Shown in pieces: positions 61,574 through 64,000 of a DNA stretch of 64,000 bases (its first letter is position 1; the number at the start of each line of letters is the position of its first letter). The stretch comes from Candidatus Latescibacterota bacterium (GTDB lineage: Bacteria; Latescibacterota; UBA2968; GCA-2709665). The stretch is from positions 5,472,001 to 5,536,000 of the forward strand of contig OZ250150.1 of assembly GCA_965237675.1 (NCBI GenBank). Reading direction: 5' to 3'. The notes under the pieces are model-generated. The model worked only from the letters and a program-made list of their open reading frames with translations, was not told where the DNA came from and made no database searches. Position numbers and translations under genes: made by a program.

Positions 61574-63175
61574 TTGACTGACTTGACTTCCCCGCTATCT
61601 AATCCGGCGGCTTACGCCTGGCGTCCTGTGTCAGCAGGGGTGATGCTTTGCCTGCTTCTCAAGACCGCAGCGTTCGCCGATCCCGAAGGGCGCTGCGGGA
61701 CGCCCTTCCTTTCCGGACGTGCACATCCCGGTGTCGCGGAAAAAAAATCGGCCGCCGATTCCTTTAGCGTCGGCGACCCCCTGACCGTTCGTGCGTTCAA
61801 TTTCGGCGCGGTTGCGGGTTCCGATCATTACTATCTGACCACAACCACCTGCCGTTTGAGAGGCGAACACTGCTACATTTTCGTCGAGGACGATATCTGG
61901 AACGGCCCGGACGTCACGCCCGGCGCCGTCGCATCCCTCGCCCGGGCGTTCGACCGGTCCACCCCCCGGTATCGCGAACGCGGCATTTACTCCATCGATA
62001 CCGAAATCTTCGGCCCCCCGCCCGACGCGGACGGCGATCCCCGGGTCCTGATCGTTGTACTGGATATTATGGACAACATCCGGAGCGGCACCTTCGTGGG
62101 GTACTACGATACCGGGAACCAGGCGGCGCCGGTCGGCCGGGAAATCCTCTACATCGACAGCAATCCCCTGGACCTCGACAGCAACCTGGCGCGCGCCACC
62201 CTTGCCCACGAATTCCAGCACCTGCTGCACTGGAACGCCGATCCCGACGAACACAGATGGGTGGACGAGGGCTGTTCAGAATACGCCGAACTGGCCTGTG
62301 GTTACAAGAACACCACCGGCGCGGCAGCACAGAACTTCCTCGGTGTTCCCAACCTCCTCAAATCGCCGGACCCCGCACTTTTTGTACCACCCAATACCGG
62401 CCTGACAGATGGCGCCAGCTGGTCCGACGGCGACTTCCTGCCTTTCCTCTTCGACCAGGCCTTTCTTCTCACGACCTATTTCGCCCAGCGTTACGGCAAT
62501 ACGGCCGTCGCCCGCCTGGTCGCCGAGCCGGCAAACGGCCTTGACGGGTTCAACCTTACGCTGGAAGCGCTCGACGTGGCCGAGCGCTTCGGACAATTCT
62601 GGGCCAACTGGGCGGCAGCCCTGTACGTGAACGCAGAGGGCGGCCCGGGATATCGCGGAATCACCCTCAACCCGGTCCGGCGGGATACGGTCGAGGTTCC
62701 GGCCGACGACCTCGGCGGCGGCCTCCAGCTCTGGGGCATCGACTATTTCGTGCCTCGAATATCGGGTTTCCCGGGCCTCTCGCTGGATGTCAGAAGCGAC
62801 AGCGACCTGCTGGTGACGCTGGTTTCCAATCGAGACGACACACACGACGTCGCCGCCGTCGCCGTCCCGCGCGGCGCCCCACGCCGCCTTGGCCTCTACG
62901 GGGGCTCGCCATCCGTATTGGCCGTCACACGCACGTCCGCAGGCCCCCCGTCCTACACCCTCTCCCTCACGTTGCGCGAAGGCCACGCCCCGGGTGCCGC
63001 GGACTTCAACGCCAGCGGAACGGTCGATTTTCCTGATTTCGTCGCCTTTGCCGCCGGCTTCGGTAAATCCGCAGGCAGTCGGGGATTCGATCCCTCCTTC
63101 GATCTCGACGGGGACCGCTCCGTCTCATTTGCGGACTTCATCATCTTCGCGCGGAACTTCGGCAACTCACCGTGA
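61574..63175 (+). CDS. secreted zinc metallopeptidase (M30-like) with EF-hand/dockerin-like tail
   Basis: TLAHEFQH, WVDEG; DFNASGTVDFPDF..DLDGDRSVSFADF. Confidence 0.85.
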   Translation: MTDLTSPLSNPAAYAWRPVSAGVMLCLLLKTAAFADPEGRCGTPFLSGRAHPGVAEKKSAADSFSVGDPLTVRAFNFGAVAGSDHYYLTTTTCRLRGEHCYIFVEDDIWNGPDVTPGAVASLARAFDRSTPRYRERGIYSIDTEIFGPPPDADGDPRVLIVVLDIMDNIRSGTFVGYYDTGNQAAPVGREILYIDSNPLDLDSNLARATLAHEFQHLLHWNADPDEHRWVDEGCSEYAELACGYKNTTGAAAQNFLGVPNLLKSPDPALFVPPNTGLTDGASWSDGDFLPFLFDQAFLLTTYFAQRYGNTAVARLVAEPANGLDGFNLTLEALDVAERFGQFWANWAAALYVNAEGGPGYRGITLNPVRRDTVEVPADDLGGGLQLWGIDYFVPRISGFPGLSLDVRSDSDLLVTLVSNRDDTHDVAAVAVPRGAPRRLGLYGGSPSVLAVTRTSAGPPSYTLSLTLREGHAPGAADFNASGTVDFPDFVAFAAGFGKSAGSRGFDPSFDLDGDRSVSFADFIIFARNFGNSP

Positions 63176-63232
63176 ATCATGACCGGGGTTTTTCCCTTCC
63201 TGCTATTGAGCCCCTCCGAGAGAACCGCCACT

Positions 63233-63967
63233 CTACTCCGCAAGCGCCGCACGACGCCAGTACCCGGCAAAGTGACCCTTCAGCCACGTTAGCGGCACCC
63301 TCAGCAACGCGTTGTATCCACCCCACGTCCAGCGTGTAACACGCTTCAGCCCGGACGCCGACGCCAGCACGGCCGCGCGCGCGTCGTCCAGCGGCGGCGC
63401 CTCGAGACCCAGCGTCAGCAACTCCCTTTCGTAGGTGAATCGAACCCTATTCTGAGCGTGGGCGGCCAGCTTTTCAGGAGCCGGAATCCGGGTATGGGGG
63501 CAGACCGTTTGGCGCTCCGTAAACAGAAAAGACGAAATCCACTGCGAAGAGACCTTACCACGGGCGCCGCTTGCCGTCTCTTCCACCGTTTCCCGGCTCA
63601 ATACCCCATAGGTACGGCAGACCAACGGCCGGACGGGATAGATTGAACATGCCCCCGCGCCGGTCAGAAACGGACATCGCACCGGCCGTTCCTCCGTCAT
63701 GCCCAGTACCGCGTCGCGTGTTTCGGCCTCGAAGTGATCCTGCACATAGTCCACGATGTTGAAATACTCAATTGAATATAGCGGATACATGGTGGCGAAA
63801 TCCGCTTCCATCTCCTCCTTTGTGAGCTCACAACACTGCCCCAACCGGTCACAGTGGCACGAAACGGCCGGCACCTGGTCGTAAACCGCCTGAAGGCGCC
63901 GGCGGTCGTTTTCCGAAAGCCGACGCCGCTCCTCGGAGGGCGCGATCTGCAGCAGATTTGTGGTCAC
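63233..63967 (-). CDS. YkgJ-family cysteine-cluster protein
   Basis: C..CC, CPFL..CSIYPVRPLVCRTYG. Confidence 0.85.
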   Translation of the reverse strand: MTTNLLQIAPSEERRRLSENDRRRLQAVYDQVPAVSCHCDRLGQCCELTKEEMEADFATMYPLYSIEYFNIVDYVQDHFEAETRDAVLGMTEERPVRCPFLTGAGACSIYPVRPLVCRTYGVLSRETVEETASGARGKVSSQWISSFLFTERQTVCPHTRIPAPEKLAAHAQNRVRFTYERELLTLGLEAPPLDDARAAVLASASGLKRVTRWTWGGYNALLRVPLTWLKGHFAGYWRRAALAE

Positions 63968-64000
63968 AGTGTAGCTGCCTATGCAGGGTGCAGGTCAATA

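Noticed and set aside
52787-62986. Long minus-strand ORFs (e.g. 52787-53740, 54926-55927, 56820-57716)
   Set aside because: Antisense shadows of well-supported high-GC plus-strand genes.

Overview
Bacterial chromosomal window. Gene content (PorV-like, FG-GAP and dockerin-like proteins, many TA modules and REP/MITE repeats) suggests a Latescibacterota/FCB-type organism; this is inference. Positions 1-23 kb are an accessory region of short, mostly minus-strand genes and gene fragments. These are punctuated by about 10-12 solitary, co-oriented 37-nt CRISPR-type repeats (minus-strand consensus approx. MCCGKCGAGAATCTTCCATCAGAACAAGGATTGAAAC) that differ from the array repeat; an orphan half copy of the array repeat lies at 6715-6734. 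Positions 23-35.4 kb hold a type I-C CRISPR-Cas locus (37 repeats; cas2-cas1-cas4-cas7-cas8c-cas5-cas3). Its cas3 is split by an IS256 element, and the cas2 and cas5 start sites are overlapped or abutted by repeat mimics. Positions 36-42.5 kb hold a duplicated WYL regulator block and TA modules; a palindromic operator upstream of WYL recurs in front of the cassette clusters. Positions 42.5-64 kb are ordinary housekeeping/envelope genes. Main candidate for a new system: a WYL-regulated, CRISPR-repeat-punctuated gene-cassette array with gene-sized 'spacers', attached to the trailer of a CRISPR array. All assignments come from reading the sequence; no searches were run.
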